Notes: a model not told the origin generated them from the sequence alone. A stretch of DNA of 64,000 nt from a bacterium UBP13_UBA5359 (GCA_002410925.1 DHPR01000012.1:146643-210642), one strand, 5' to 3'. Counted from the stretch's first letter, positions 39,637-49,720 are shown. A program made the numbers and translations.

Positions 39637-42411
39637 CTATTGCTTCTCGCCCAGACTTATGCCGTCCCATTCCGTAACCGAGCCCAATCCCTCTATCTCT
39701 ATCATCTTCAGGCTTTTGGGAATGGAGACGGCTGACAGTATATTTGTCAAATCCAACGAGACGTTAACCCATTCATTGTATGGTATAACCTCCTGCTGAA
39801 AGATTCGATTTCTCCAGACTATGCCGCTGATGTCTTCCCATGTCAGCCACACCACAAAGTCAGCGGCGCCACGCCGGACCTCGCCGACTTGCCTGAAAGT
39901 AAAGGTCAGCAGAGGATGCTTCAAAGGCTGAACATTCAATTCAGTTCCGTAAACTACCGCTCCTCCTTGGCAGGAGAGCGTGGCTGTCTTACCATCGCTG
40001 ACAAGATCTCCGCCTGAATAGTGCGTTCTCTTCCAATCACTGACATCGGAAAAATCTTCCTGCCAAAGCTCTCTTTTGAATTCCGCTCTCTTGTTCAAAT
40101 CTATTATGTCGGAGGCTGCTATCGCTTTCCGTTGAGGAAAAGCCTTCTCTTTGACGGTTATATTCTCTATGGCCGCTGCTACGGCACTGACCGTGGATGC
40201 ACTTGAGTAGATATCGTCTTTGAGCGACAGTAAAGGGGTCTCCAGCCAATTCCCCTCTATTCTCCTGTAACCGTCTACCAGCGCGCGGTCATCGACCGTT
40301 TTCCCCGTTGTCAAAGATACTTCCATCGTCCGCAAATAGAGATCCACACGCGGCCGGTAATAGTACTTTACCAACTCCAGGATATCTTTGCTGGGATAAT
40401 CTATCAGCCACTCTTTGCCGGCAAAGGTCAGCATGGAGTCTTTAATGGCTCTCTCATGGGAGGCGAAATCATGCCCACGCTGCAACTTCACCAATTCCCC
40501 CTTGAGCTGATAAGGCGGATAGGTGGCCAGAATATCCTCCAGGCTGTCCATAAGGAATTGAAGATGCGCTGCCTCTCGCTTGAAACCGGGCAGGTCTTTA
40601 GCCGCGTAACGAAGATTCAACTCCTGGAAATGACGATTGAAAAGAGAGGTGATGTACTGCCTGCTTATGTCCACCAGATCTCTGACATAGTAAGGATTGC
40701 CGGCCAGCCGGCCTCTCTCGGACAGGGCAAAAGTCAGGGCTTCTTTTAAGGCCCCCGTCTGGGCCGGCAGGAAGGAGTTCACCTGCTTGGCCATGTTGGT
40801 AAGGTAGATAGCTAGGAAGCCAGAACTGCTCAAGCGATGCTGATATAAGGCTTCAGAGCCGTTCATATCGCCATGGACAGCTTTGACCTGGTGATCCAGC
40901 GCCTTTTTCATCTTGGGATAGCTCTCTTTCCCGTACCGTTTTACGGCATACTCCTTGAAATATTCGCCCGTATCGACGGATAACGGATTCCAGGAAAGCC
41001 TGGCCAGCAGATCGAAATAGAGGGGGTTGTAATGGATTATCTCCGGACATATGTATATCCCCTGACAATTCCCGGCCTCACGATCGGCGGCGATACTCTT
41101 GATATCCCGGACGAGTGCCTTGATATTGCCCCCCAGATAATCATCTCCACCGTAAAGGCTGATAATGGAGAGTATCCAGTTCCTCCCTTCAAAGCCGTTG
41201 AACCTCTTATAATGGTAATCCCCCGGTATTTCCGGCTGGCTGGAATCGCAAACAATGGCACCCTCCAGCGGAACCCGCTGCAAAAACCGTTTCACATCGT
41301 CCTGCGGCCAGGGGGGACTGATAAACGGCCAGGTCCAGAACATCCAAACGCCGTCGGGATCTTCCGCGCGGATCATCTTCCATACGGACTCGGCAAACTT
41401 CAGCCTCAGCTCAGTAATCTTCTCTTCCGGCAAATCCATTATCTGCTGCTCGCCGTAAGGCGAAAGGAAGTATATGTTGCCGCTCCCGTACTTGCGCACC
41501 AGACCCTTGATGATTTCCCGGCCCCGTGTCATAAAGAGGGGGTCGCCCGGATGGAGAGCATGGTAAGGAGGATCGCCGCGCCAGCGCATTCTGACATAAT
41601 CGTGCTCTGGGTTTTTGGCCATGAAATCCTGGGTGACAAGGTCAAAACGGGCCACTTCACCCAGGAGCACCGGCTTTATGCCGCGCTTTTTAACCTCTTT
41701 AACTATCTCGTCCCTGGAGACGCGAAAGTTCCAGTTATCCTCGGGCACCATCAAAGCGTTCAGCTTCTTTTTAGCGGCCCAATCTATCTCTTTGATCCAA
41801 TCGTTTATATCCCAGGTCCTGGTGCTGTAACCGAACGGGCACTCCTGCATATAGACCCGGCTGCCGAAACGCGGCCTCTCGGCCACGGCTATCCGGGTAA
41901 CGGCCAGACTATCCCCCCCGGCCGGGACTCTGTCTCCCTCCCAGAAGAACCCTACCCCTGCATACTTCTCCAGAAAATGGTACACGGCATAGAGCGTGCC
42001 TCTGTCCTCTGAGCCGCCGATAACCAGGAAGTTCTTCCCGTCCGCAGAAACCGTTTGGATAATAAAGCCGTCCAGCCCCGGATAATCGGATGACAGCCTG
42101 ATCAGGCCTTTGTCAACAAGGCCGGCGATCTTTGGGTTGGTTTCCCGGCGCCCTATGAGAATAACCTCGGTTTTCTTCACCGCCTCCGACTTTTTCACCA
42201 CTTCAAGCTCTGCTCCGCTGAGCATTTTCACGTATTTGGACAATTCGGCCGCCGCATGTTCTTCAACCGAGGTGGCGTTAGCCCCCAACAGAATCGTTGC
42301 TTCAGGGTCGCCATGCCTGGCCAAGGAGAAACAGAAGCCGCTTTGCGCATAGAATAACACCATTGCATAGCTGGCTATAAGGCAGAACAATCTCTTTTTC
42401 ATCCGATTCAT
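39637..42411 (-). CDS. Divergent GH89-like (alpha-N-acetylglucosaminidase-like) secreted protein
   Basis: Signal peptide; GH67/20-like N-domain (RGTLYAVYHFLE); C.FGYS..W...DW.KEIDW; PYGE and CPE acidic motifs; DLVDISRQ; YYRPR. Confidence 0.65.
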   Translation of the reverse strand: MNRMKKRLFCLIASYAMVLFYAQSGFCFSLARHGDPEATILLGANATSVEEHAAAELSKYVKMLSGAELEVVKKSEAVKKTEVILIGRRETNPKIAGLVDKGLIRLSSDYPGLDGFIIQTVSADGKNFLVIGGSEDRGTLYAVYHFLEKYAGVGFFWEGDRVPAGGDSLAVTRIAVAERPRFGSRVYMQECPFGYSTRTWDINDWIKEIDWAAKKKLNALMVPEDNWNFRVSRDEIVKEVKKRGIKPVLLGEVARFDLVTQDFMAKNPEHDYVRMRWRGDPPYHALHPGDPLFMTRGREIIKGLVRKYGSGNIYFLSPYGEQQIMDLPEEKITELRLKFAESVWKMIRAEDPDGVWMFWTWPFISPPWPQDDVKRFLQRVPLEGAIVCDSSQPEIPGDYHYKRFNGFEGRNWILSIISLYGGDDYLGGNIKALVRDIKSIAADREAGNCQGIYICPEIIHYNPLYFDLLARLSWNPLSVDTGEYFKEYAVKRYGKESYPKMKKALDHQVKAVHGDMNGSEALYQHRLSSSGFLAIYLTNMAKQVNSFLPAQTGALKEALTFALSERGRLAGNPYYVRDLVDISRQYITSLFNRHFQELNLRYAAKDLPGFKREAAHLQFLMDSLEDILATYPPYQLKGELVKLQRGHDFASHERAIKDSMLTFAGKEWLIDYPSKDILELVKYYYRPRVDLYLRTMEVSLTTGKTVDDRALVDGYRRIEGNWLETPLLSLKDDIYSSASTVSAVAAAIENITVKEKAFPQRKAIAASDIIDLNKRAEFKRELWQEDFSDVSDWKRTHYSGGDLVSDGKTATLSCQGGAVVYGTELNVQPLKHPLLTFTFRQVGEVRRGAADFVVWLTWEDISGIVWRNRIFQQEVIPYNEWVNVSLDLTNILSAVSIPKSLKMIEIEGLGSVTEWDGISLGEKQ

Positions 42412-42445
42412 CCCTCTCCTATCCCTCTCACAATACCAAAACTGA

Positions 42446-44746
42446 TCATAGCTTTCCTGTCAGCTGGAGTATCAAAGATATGCACTCTTCCCGTATGCTT
42501 TGCGCCCTGTCGTTAGTAAATATCGGATATAAGGCATTATCACTGTTTATGCCGCCCTGTCCCCAATAGTAGAACTCAGTTGACGCCATTATCGTTGCCA
42601 GGCGCTTCTCGATCTTTTCAGCCAGAAGCTTTGATTTATCGTTCCTTTTCGCCTCTGCGATCAATGTTTCCAAAGTATAGACATACTTGTAGTCATCTAT
42701 CCCCTCTCTGATCCCTTCCCATTGCAAGGTGGACACCGGACCGTCAGCGGACGGATAAACGATCATCCCGTCCTTAGGCTCAGGATAACCTTCACCGTCG
42801 AAATCATCGTACGGGTCTCCGGTTACGCCCGTTCTGGTATATATAAAACTGACCTGGCCTTTGGCACCCGTCTTGTAAAACAAAAATCCGCAAAGATAAC
42901 GGTTGGGCATCATTCCACCCTCCTGGCCGTCATAAACACCGCTGCCGTACCACCAATACTCTTGCCCCCGGAGCTTCCTCAAACGGTTTGCGCCTTCAGA
43001 TTCAGGGGCACCGGCCCAGCACATGCCGGTTACATAGGGAGAGAGCTTCTCCGCCAATTCACCTTCACTGGTGGTTACCAGGGATTGCACCCCGGCCTCT
43101 CTGGCCAGAGCGTGTTCGTATAGCGATCTATTACCGCCTCCGGACCAGATCTGCGGTTCATCCCAGCCCAGATAATACCAATCTCCGTAACCCTCTCCAC
43201 CGGTCTCCTTGATAAAGCGATCTACAGCCCGGAACGCTTTTTTGACCACCTCCCGCATCTCAGGGGCATCCGGGTCCACCTGGTCGATCTTCTTTCCGAT
43301 CAAGCTCAGGGCCCGTGTCTCCAGTTCGCCGGCCCAGTAGAGGAGCAAAGGAGCGTCCAGCTTTAACTCCCGGCGTAACGCCTGAATCTCCGCCAGCTTG
43401 GGCGAGGAGAAAAGGATCTGCCCGTCTTTCTGCCTAAAGCGAATATCCCCAAGGCCGGGCGCAAAGAAGAGAACGCTGTTTATCCCGTGCTCTTTCATAT
43501 CCGCCAGCTCTCTTCTTAATTCCTCCCGGCTCATCTGGTCGTATCCGTGGTCACTGGTCCACATAGCCCAATATCTGTCCGGCGGTGACTTAAGTTTAAA
43601 AGGAAGGACCGATAACTTCAGCGGCAGGACGGTGTTTCCGCCCCCTGCCACGCTTATCAGAAGACGCGTCGAGTATTCCCCGGGAGCTGCCGCGGCCGGC
43701 ACCTTCAGCGTCAACCAAAATGTCTGCGTCTTCCCTTTGGCTATAGCTTCAATGCCGCTTTTCCCCTCTAAGAGTTCCGGGATGATATAATACGACTTGG
43801 AAGTCCAACTCGTTCTCTGGGGCCAGCATTTCACCCTTCTCAGATCGATGTTCTGCTTGCTGATCGCGATTTTGCCGCCTTTCAGGCGCAGATCATCCAT
43901 TATTGTCAGCTTGACGTCTTTCAGATCTTTCAAGGCATGAAGAGAGAGCCATGCCGGCTCATATTCCCCGGAAGCAGCCTTGATTTGCAAACCGGTTATC
44001 ACCTCTATTCTGGTGGGAATACTGTCGGGATAAACGTCCCGCGGCTCTGCCCGGCGGAAGACGATATAGCCTTTTTTATTCTCATTAGACGCAACGCTTG
44101 CAAGAGGCTTATCCGGATTTGGGCGCCTGGAGATATAATTGAACACCGCCTGCTTCCTAATTATTGCTTTACCGTCCAACTCCTGTATTGAAGCTTTCCG
44201 AAGCCCCAGATCATCGAACCATACCTGTCCCGCACCGGCCAGGATCAAGGCAATCTCAAGAGAGTCCGCCTGCGCTATAAAATAGATCTCATACTCCTTC
44301 CAATCATTCGTTCTCGTAGCTATCTCATAGGCATCAAAGGCTCTATTATTCGGCCAATGAAGGTGTACGGCAGAGACTACCCCTCTTGCTTGGCTCGTCC
44401 TGACATATAGAGACAGCCTGTATAATTCGCCTCTTTCAACAGGAATACCCTTTTTGCTTACCCAGGCATAGTCCCCCCTGTCCTTGGATATGCTCTTGAG
44501 AGAGAGCGCCTGGGAGTCACCGTGAAACACGTCTTTATCGATATAGGCCTCAAAGCTATTTTGGCCTGTGCCTGTTTGCAGCTTTTCCCAGCCCTTTAGA
44601 CCATCTTCAAAGCCGCAAATAGGTGTAAGATTTTCTGCAATCGCAAAAGACGGAGCCCGGTTGCCCAGGACCAGGGCCAAGCATGTGAGCGTGGCAAGGA
44701 TAATCGATGTCGACCCGATTATCCTTTGCATCCTGCCGATTGTCAC
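42446..44746 (-). CDS. GH123/DUF4091-like secreted hydrolase with an N-terminal CBM4/9-like domain
   Basis: GEYEP Ig-like domain; WDEP acidic pair; STLQWEGIREGIDDYKY C-terminal motif; VWFDDL CBM end. Confidence 0.65.
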   Translation of the reverse strand: MTIGRMQRIIGSTSIILATLTCLALVLGNRAPSFAIAENLTPICGFEDGLKGWEKLQTGTGQNSFEAYIDKDVFHGDSQALSLKSISKDRGDYAWVSKKGIPVERGELYRLSLYVRTSQARGVVSAVHLHWPNNRAFDAYEIATRTNDWKEYEIYFIAQADSLEIALILAGAGQVWFDDLGLRKASIQELDGKAIIRKQAVFNYISRRPNPDKPLASVASNENKKGYIVFRRAEPRDVYPDSIPTRIEVITGLQIKAASGEYEPAWLSLHALKDLKDVKLTIMDDLRLKGGKIAISKQNIDLRRVKCWPQRTSWTSKSYYIIPELLEGKSGIEAIAKGKTQTFWLTLKVPAAAAPGEYSTRLLISVAGGGNTVLPLKLSVLPFKLKSPPDRYWAMWTSDHGYDQMSREELRRELADMKEHGINSVLFFAPGLGDIRFRQKDGQILFSSPKLAEIQALRRELKLDAPLLLYWAGELETRALSLIGKKIDQVDPDAPEMREVVKKAFRAVDRFIKETGGEGYGDWYYLGWDEPQIWSGGGNRSLYEHALAREAGVQSLVTTSEGELAEKLSPYVTGMCWAGAPESEGANRLRKLRGQEYWWYGSGVYDGQEGGMMPNRYLCGFLFYKTGAKGQVSFIYTRTGVTGDPYDDFDGEGYPEPKDGMIVYPSADGPVSTLQWEGIREGIDDYKYVYTLETLIAEAKRNDKSKLLAEKIEKRLATIMASTEFYYWGQGGINSDNALYPIFTNDRAQSIREECISLILQLTGKL

Positions 44747-44788
44747 CTTACGCTACCCCCTGTAATCTATTATGAACGATATGCCTAT

Positions 44789-44827
44789 AGGCTCGCCTCT
44801 CGGCATAGAACGCCGAGAGGCGAGCCT
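44789..44827. repeat. 16-bp perfect intergenic hairpin downstream of the pilin-like gene
   Basis: AGGCTCGCCTCTCGGC-N7-GCCGAGAGGCGAGCCT; no U-tract in the direction of transcription. Confidence 0.85.
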
Positions 44828-44845
44828 GTTAACTTATGCTGCAAA

Positions 44846-45505
44846 TCAGAGCTGGTAATAACTGTCGGGAACAGGTTTCTTTTGCCACTTCACATGCCCA
44901 TCGCAGAAGAGAATATTGAGGCCCTCCGTATGTCTGTAACTGACCCCGCCGCTTGCCTGATTTTTTATCGTCAATATTGTGCCGGACACACCCCATGACG
45001 CCTTATAATAGCCGTCGGTCACCATCAATGAAGAGGCGGGATTCACTATATCCACCAGAGCGTACGGGACATAAAGCGAGGTGGTTGATCGGGCGTTGTC
45101 TTTCAAATGCATCCCCATTGAATAGACCGGTCCTTGATTACCGCTCACACCGGCCTCGACATAGCTCTCTGACGGACACCGGTAGATAGCGGCATTGGCG
45201 CCGTAATAATCCGAGGTTTTGGTAAGTTTACTTACATAGGGCGAGACTACTTCCCACCAGTTACTGCCGAAGTTACCCCAGATAAGCGGCAGATACTCAT
45301 CATAATCCTGCGCATACATTTGTATGGCTATCCCCATCTGCTTTAAATTGCTTTGGCAGGTAGCCTGCCTGGCCTTCTCTCTGGCCTTACCGAAGACGGG
45401 GAAGAGTATGCCTGCCAACAGAGCAATGATAGCTATAACCACCAGCAACTCAATCAACGTAAACCCCCTTGACGATTTCATGTCTACCCCTCGCGCGCTT
45501 AGCAT
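44846..45505 (-). CDS. DUF1559 / prepilin-type N-terminal cleavage-methylation protein with H-X9-DG C-terminus
   Basis: [15 protein letters not shown] class III signal; [31 protein letters not shown]; alternative start at 45481. Confidence 0.92.
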   Translation of the reverse strand: MLSARGVDMKSSRGFTLIELLVVIAIIALLAGILFPVFGKAREKARQATCQSNLKQMGIAIQMYAQDYDEYLPLIWGNFGSNWWEVVSPYVSKLTKTSDYYGANAAIYRCPSESYVEAGVSGNQGPVYSMGMHLKDNARSTTSLYVPYALVDIVNPASSLMVTDGYYKASWGVSGTILTIKNQASGGVSYRHTEGLNILFCDGHVKWQKKPVPDSYYQL

Positions 45506-45548
45506 ATTACCCCCTCCTGCCTCTTCTGTAATATTTATATTCTATTTT

Positions 45549-46676
45549 TCATAATGCCGGTGCGCTTGTTTTTGCCCTACCGCTGGATTCTCTGGCAATA
45601 AGTTCTGTCTTCAGAACAATATTCAGCGGCGGCTTTACCTCTCCTCTTGCAAGTTCTATCGCCTTTTCCACGCCTATCTTGCCCAGCTCCCAGATGGATC
45701 GCGCTACGGTAGTCAACCTGGGGCTCATATGCGAAGCCAGATAAAAATCGTCAAAGGCCACCAGAGAGATATCCTCCGGAATGGACATTCCCGCAGCCTC
45801 TATAGCCTCCTTTGCTCCCATAGCCAGGCTTGAACCCGGGGCAAAGACAGCCGTTGGCTTGCCCCTCTTCAAAATCTCCGCCGTTTTATCTGCCGCCGCT
45901 CTTTGCCAGCAAGTATTATCAGGTTCCTCTATAATTCTGACCAGATCCTCGTCAAAAGGAATATGTTTGTTTTTGAGTGCCCGGCAGTATCCGTCGTATC
46001 GCTCCTGGGAATCAAAGCCCTGTGCGGTTACTACCAACCCGATCCGCCGGTGTCCCAGGGAGAAGAGATGCTCCATGGCCTGTATGGAACCTTGAACATT
46101 ATCAGTAGCAATATAATTGAAGTTCTTGCCCACGGCCGCTGAAATAGAGAAACAAGGGGTTTTCATCTTCTCTATTTCACAAATAAGAGAAATATCATCC
46201 TTCCTCGGTATCAAAAAGAGCACGACATCCAGGTTCTCTCCGCCGGAAAAATGATTGTTGCTCCCCCACTCCTGCACATTGGGCAGAAAGAGAAGCGTCG
46301 CTCCCTTTCTCAACGCACCCTCGCGGATACCGCTGACAAGCTCTGCCTGGAAGAAGTCGGGAAAGGAACTGTTTTGAATCGAAAACAGAGGCGATAGCAC
46401 ACCTACCCTGGCGCTCACAATCGGCTTCTCCAACGTGAGAAATGACCCGCGCTTGGGCCGCCTGCTAACCAAACCTTCTCTGGCTAACTCGGATAAGGCC
46501 ATTCGTACTGTTCCCCGGCTTAAGTTGCAAATCCTGGCCAGTTCGGTTTCCGGAGGCAGCCTGTCACCATCCTTCAGTTCTCCCTTATCGATCAGTTGAA
46601 GGATGTTCTGCTTTACCTGCAGGTAAAGCGGGGCTGACCGGCTGATATCGATATTCAAGCTTTTGTCTATTATCAT
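45549..46676 (-). CDS. GntR-wHTH + LacI-sensor (AraR-like) regulator
   Basis: PLYLQVK...RLPPETELA...VRMAL..L...G; GHRRIG, IPEDISLVAFDD, LTTV. Confidence 0.9.
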   Translation of the reverse strand: MIIDKSLNIDISRSAPLYLQVKQNILQLIDKGELKDGDRLPPETELARICNLSRGTVRMALSELAREGLVSRRPKRGSFLTLEKPIVSARVGVLSPLFSIQNSSFPDFFQAELVSGIREGALRKGATLLFLPNVQEWGSNNHFSGGENLDVVLFLIPRKDDISLICEIEKMKTPCFSISAAVGKNFNYIATDNVQGSIQAMEHLFSLGHRRIGLVVTAQGFDSQERYDGYCRALKNKHIPFDEDLVRIIEEPDNTCWQRAAADKTAEILKRGKPTAVFAPGSSLAMGAKEAIEAAGMSIPEDISLVAFDDFYLASHMSPRLTTVARSIWELGKIGVEKAIELARGEVKPPLNIVLKTELIARESSGRAKTSAPAL

Positions 46677-46683
46677 ATTGTAT

Positions 46684-46712
46684 ATATTAATACTTATAAA
46701 ACAACCTGTCAA
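46684..46712 (-). promoter_or_regulatory. SigA promoter giving a probably leaderless mRNA
   Basis: TTGACA-17-TAATAT-7 nt-ATG (46676); no Shine-Dalgarno sequence. Confidence 0.7.
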
Positions 46713-46753
46713 GCATTTTTTAAACCGTTACCGGGCACTGCGACAAAGCCTTC

Positions 46754-48586
46754 TCAGCACATATCCAGAGAGACCAGAGTTACAACTCTGCTGCCCCAGG
46801 TTTCCGTAAACACTAATTTTATTCGGTCGGTATACAGCGCTGGCGAAAACTCCTCCACACATCTGCGCTGGATATTCTTATCAACAATTCTTACCGTCTG
46901 CCATTTCCCGTCTATAAAAACCTGTACCTTGAAGGCCTTCACCAGGCGTTCTGGTATCCGGGTTATAACGTGCTTCTCTTGGTAGAAAAAGCTCTCCTGA
47001 GTCAGAAAGAGTCGCTCTTCAAGATGACTATCGAATACCAGTTGCAGCTTTTCTATCCGCCGCTTCTCCGGCCAGCTTATCTCCAGCCAGGTATCTTCAC
47101 CTGCCGGGCTGCTGCTTTTCCAGCAGTGTGAACTCTCTCCCTGCGGGCGATTAATGCCGCCCAGCAAATTAGTTGCCTCAAATCCTGCGACAGAGGATGA
47201 AGCTTTCAAGCTGCCCTGCAGGGCCAGATTACCGCGGCCGGTACCTCTATGTCCCAGCAGGTAGATATCATCTTTAAGCAATTTCTCCTGTATAGCCTCT
47301 ATCTTGTCTGCTGCTGCCTGCCTTGGAGTCAGCCTTTCCCGGCTACAGAAGGCTGCAGCAGTGCCGGCTGCCTGCCCCATCAGAGCGCAGGTAGCCATGA
47401 CTCTGGTGCTGGCAAAGGCTATATGGCTGGCACTGGCATTGCGCCCGGCCATGAAGAGGTTCTCTATATTGCGGCTGTAAAGACTGCGCAGAGGAATGGA
47501 ATAGAGAGGCACGGTGGTGTGTGTGCAAGGCCGGCTGGGATTGCCTATTCCCTCTATGGGATGAATATCTATGGGCCATCCTCCATAGGCTACTTCATCT
47601 TCAAAAATGTGCCCCTCTTCCAGATCAGATTGCCTCAGCACATAATCTCCCATAAATCTTCTGCTCTCTCGCTTGCCGGGAACCATACCCACCCATTCCA
47701 GCGCCCAGTTCTCCGCTCCATGACGACCATGATTCTTGATGTGATCCCAAACACCGTAGAGTATCTTCAACAGTTCATCTTTGATGGCTTCATTATCCTT
47801 GATGGTGTCAATCTGGCCGCCCCACTCTATCCACCAGTAGCCATAGCGATAATATCCATGCTCGCGATGCTGCAGGGATTCATCGCTGGGATAACTGTAA
47901 GCCCAATCGGGCTTGATAAATGGCATGGGACGGCCCATGTCACGGGCCATGAACATCAGAGAGCTTCCTAAGGTGTAACGATCCTCTGTTTGGTTGGCCA
48001 GGCTTTCACCGTAAACGACAGCGCTCTCTCTGCCAATAACAAAATCTGCTCCAGCCTGAGCTGCTATCTGACCGTCACCACTGCAATCGGCAAAGAGGTC
48101 TGCCTGCAGAATAAATTCCCGCTCGCTGGCCATCTGCCGGGTTCTTACGGCTTTGATGCGGCTGCCGTTTTCCATTATGGGTTCCAGAGCCAGCGTATTG
48201 AGATAAAGATCCAGCAACGGCTCAGCCTTGACCTTCTTGTAAAGCAGCATATCCCACATACTGGGAGAATGCTGAGGGTTGTGGGCTAAATCCTCCAGGC
48301 GCAGCTCCTCGATGATGCCCGTCTCCCGGCGGGCGGTGCCGTCATATCTGTAATCGGCCCCGCAGATATGCATCCTAATCTCGCTGGAGGAGTTGCCTCC
48401 CAGCACCGGCCTATCCTGTACCAGAGCGGTGCGGCAGCCGTGCCTGGCAGCGGATATGGCGGCGCAGACTCCGGCCATACCACCGCCGATAACCACCAGA
48501 CCGTATCTTGCCGGTATCTCCGGCTTCAGCAAAATCTTATTCTCTCTCGCTTGATCGATATCAGACATCGGTATCTCATCCTTCAT
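46754..48586 (-). CDS. FAD-dependent oxidoreductase (FAD_oxidored family) with a C-terminal galactose-binding-like domain
   Basis: GGGMAG, LGGNSSSE, DCSGDG, RESRR, GWPIDIH, STRVMATC. Confidence 0.85.
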   Translation of the reverse strand: MKDEIPMSDIDQARENKILLKPEIPARYGLVVIGGGMAGVCAAISAARHGCRTALVQDRPVLGGNSSSEIRMHICGADYRYDGTARRETGIIEELRLEDLAHNPQHSPSMWDMLLYKKVKAEPLLDLYLNTLALEPIMENGSRIKAVRTRQMASEREFILQADLFADCSGDGQIAAQAGADFVIGRESAVVYGESLANQTEDRYTLGSSLMFMARDMGRPMPFIKPDWAYSYPSDESLQHREHGYYRYGYWWIEWGGQIDTIKDNEAIKDELLKILYGVWDHIKNHGRHGAENWALEWVGMVPGKRESRRFMGDYVLRQSDLEEGHIFEDEVAYGGWPIDIHPIEGIGNPSRPCTHTTVPLYSIPLRSLYSRNIENLFMAGRNASASHIAFASTRVMATCALMGQAAGTAAAFCSRERLTPRQAAADKIEAIQEKLLKDDIYLLGHRGTGRGNLALQGSLKASSSVAGFEATNLLGGINRPQGESSHCWKSSSPAGEDTWLEISWPEKRRIEKLQLVFDSHLEERLFLTQESFFYQEKHVITRIPERLVKAFKVQVFIDGKWQTVRIVDKNIQRRCVEEFSPALYTDRIKLVFTETWGSRVVTLVSLDMC

Positions 48587-49635
48587 TACCGGAGAAGTAT
48601 TTTTGTTGACTCTCTGATCATTAGCTTGGGCTTTACCAATATTCTTTTCTTTTTTTTGCCTTCATCGCGTTCCAGCAACAGCTTCATTCCGGTACATCCC
48701 ACCTCTTCCAGCTGTTGCTTGACAACCGTGAGCGGAACGGACATCTGTTCCGCCAGATCTACCTCATCAAAACCGATAAAGGAGACATCTTCAGGGTAGG
48801 CTATATTATTTTTTTGCAATATCTTCAGGGTTGCAATTGTAGCGTCATAGCCATCCGTCAACAGCGCCGTAAAACGAGGTCCGTTAAGGCGCTCTTCAAG
48901 ATCACTTACAAGCGTAGTATAGCCCTCGGTCTCAATACCATATCTTTGGGCTGTTTTTAAAAAAGCGGAATATCTCTCTTTGCCGGAAAAGCTTATAGCC
49001 TTTGAAAAATCCGAATGAACATACAGTATCTGCCTGTGCCCCTGTTTCAGCAGATACTTCACAGCCGTAAAGATGCCATGCTCGTTATCACTGCACACTG
49101 ATTGTAATCCAAGCCATTTGTGATGCGCATCTATTACAACCACAGGTATGCCCAATTTCTTCACTTTTTCGGCGGCCTCCCTGCTGGGCATCACCAGCAG
49201 AAAACCGGATAGCGAGGGATCCACAACCATTGTATCGAAACTGGAATAAACCAGCAGATCTACCTGGCAGCCATTCTCACTGGCTACCGACATTACGCCT
49301 TCAACCATCTCTCTCATAAAGAAAGAGGAGGAAAAATCGGCATTGAAATGCACCAGCATGGCAAAACGATGTTTTTTATTTATCCTTGCAAGCTTATCAA
49401 CATCTATCTGTCCGGCAACAAAGGTTCCGTGGCGGGGACGCCGGGCAAGCAACCCTTCACGAACAAGCGCTTTCATAGTCAGTTGAACCGTTTTGTGACA
49501 CACCGAATACTTTTCCGCAAGCTGCATTGTTGACGGCAGCTTGCTTCCTGCGCGTATCCTGCCTGAAATTATATCGCTCTTTATCTTTTCCTTAAGCTGA
49601 ACATAAAGAGGCTGTCGCTTGTTCCTATCCAGCAA
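48586..49635 (-). CDS. GntR-wHTH + LacI-sensor regulator
   Basis: PLYVQLK...KLPST.QLA; GHRQI, PEDVSFIGFD, PLTVV, IRES. Confidence 0.9.
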   Translation of the reverse strand: MLDRNKRQPLYVQLKEKIKSDIISGRIRAGSKLPSTMQLAEKYSVCHKTVQLTMKALVREGLLARRPRHGTFVAGQIDVDKLARINKKHRFAMLVHFNADFSSSFFMREMVEGVMSVASENGCQVDLLVYSSFDTMVVDPSLSGFLLVMPSREAAEKVKKLGIPVVVIDAHHKWLGLQSVCSDNEHGIFTAVKYLLKQGHRQILYVHSDFSKAISFSGKERYSAFLKTAQRYGIETEGYTTLVSDLEERLNGPRFTALLTDGYDATIATLKILQKNNIAYPEDVSFIGFDEVDLAEQMSVPLTVVKQQLEEVGCTGMKLLLERDEGKKKKRILVKPKLMIRESTKILLR

Positions 49636-49691
49636 ATTCCTACCTCACAAAATAAGATAGCGCTTGCCCGCAAGGTCAGGCACTATACATA

Positions 49692-49720
49692 GTTATACCT
49701 TCTATAGACAGAAAGTGCAA
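49692..49720 (-). promoter_or_regulatory. SigA promoter of the regulator-oxidoreductase pair
   Basis: TTGCAC-17-TATAAC. Confidence 0.6.

Noticed and set aside
41032-42012. 326-aa plus-strand ORF (likewise 17293-17961, 24055-24765, 47249-47971 and 51478-52107)
   Set aside because: All lie antisense to well-supported genes and have no recognisable protein features
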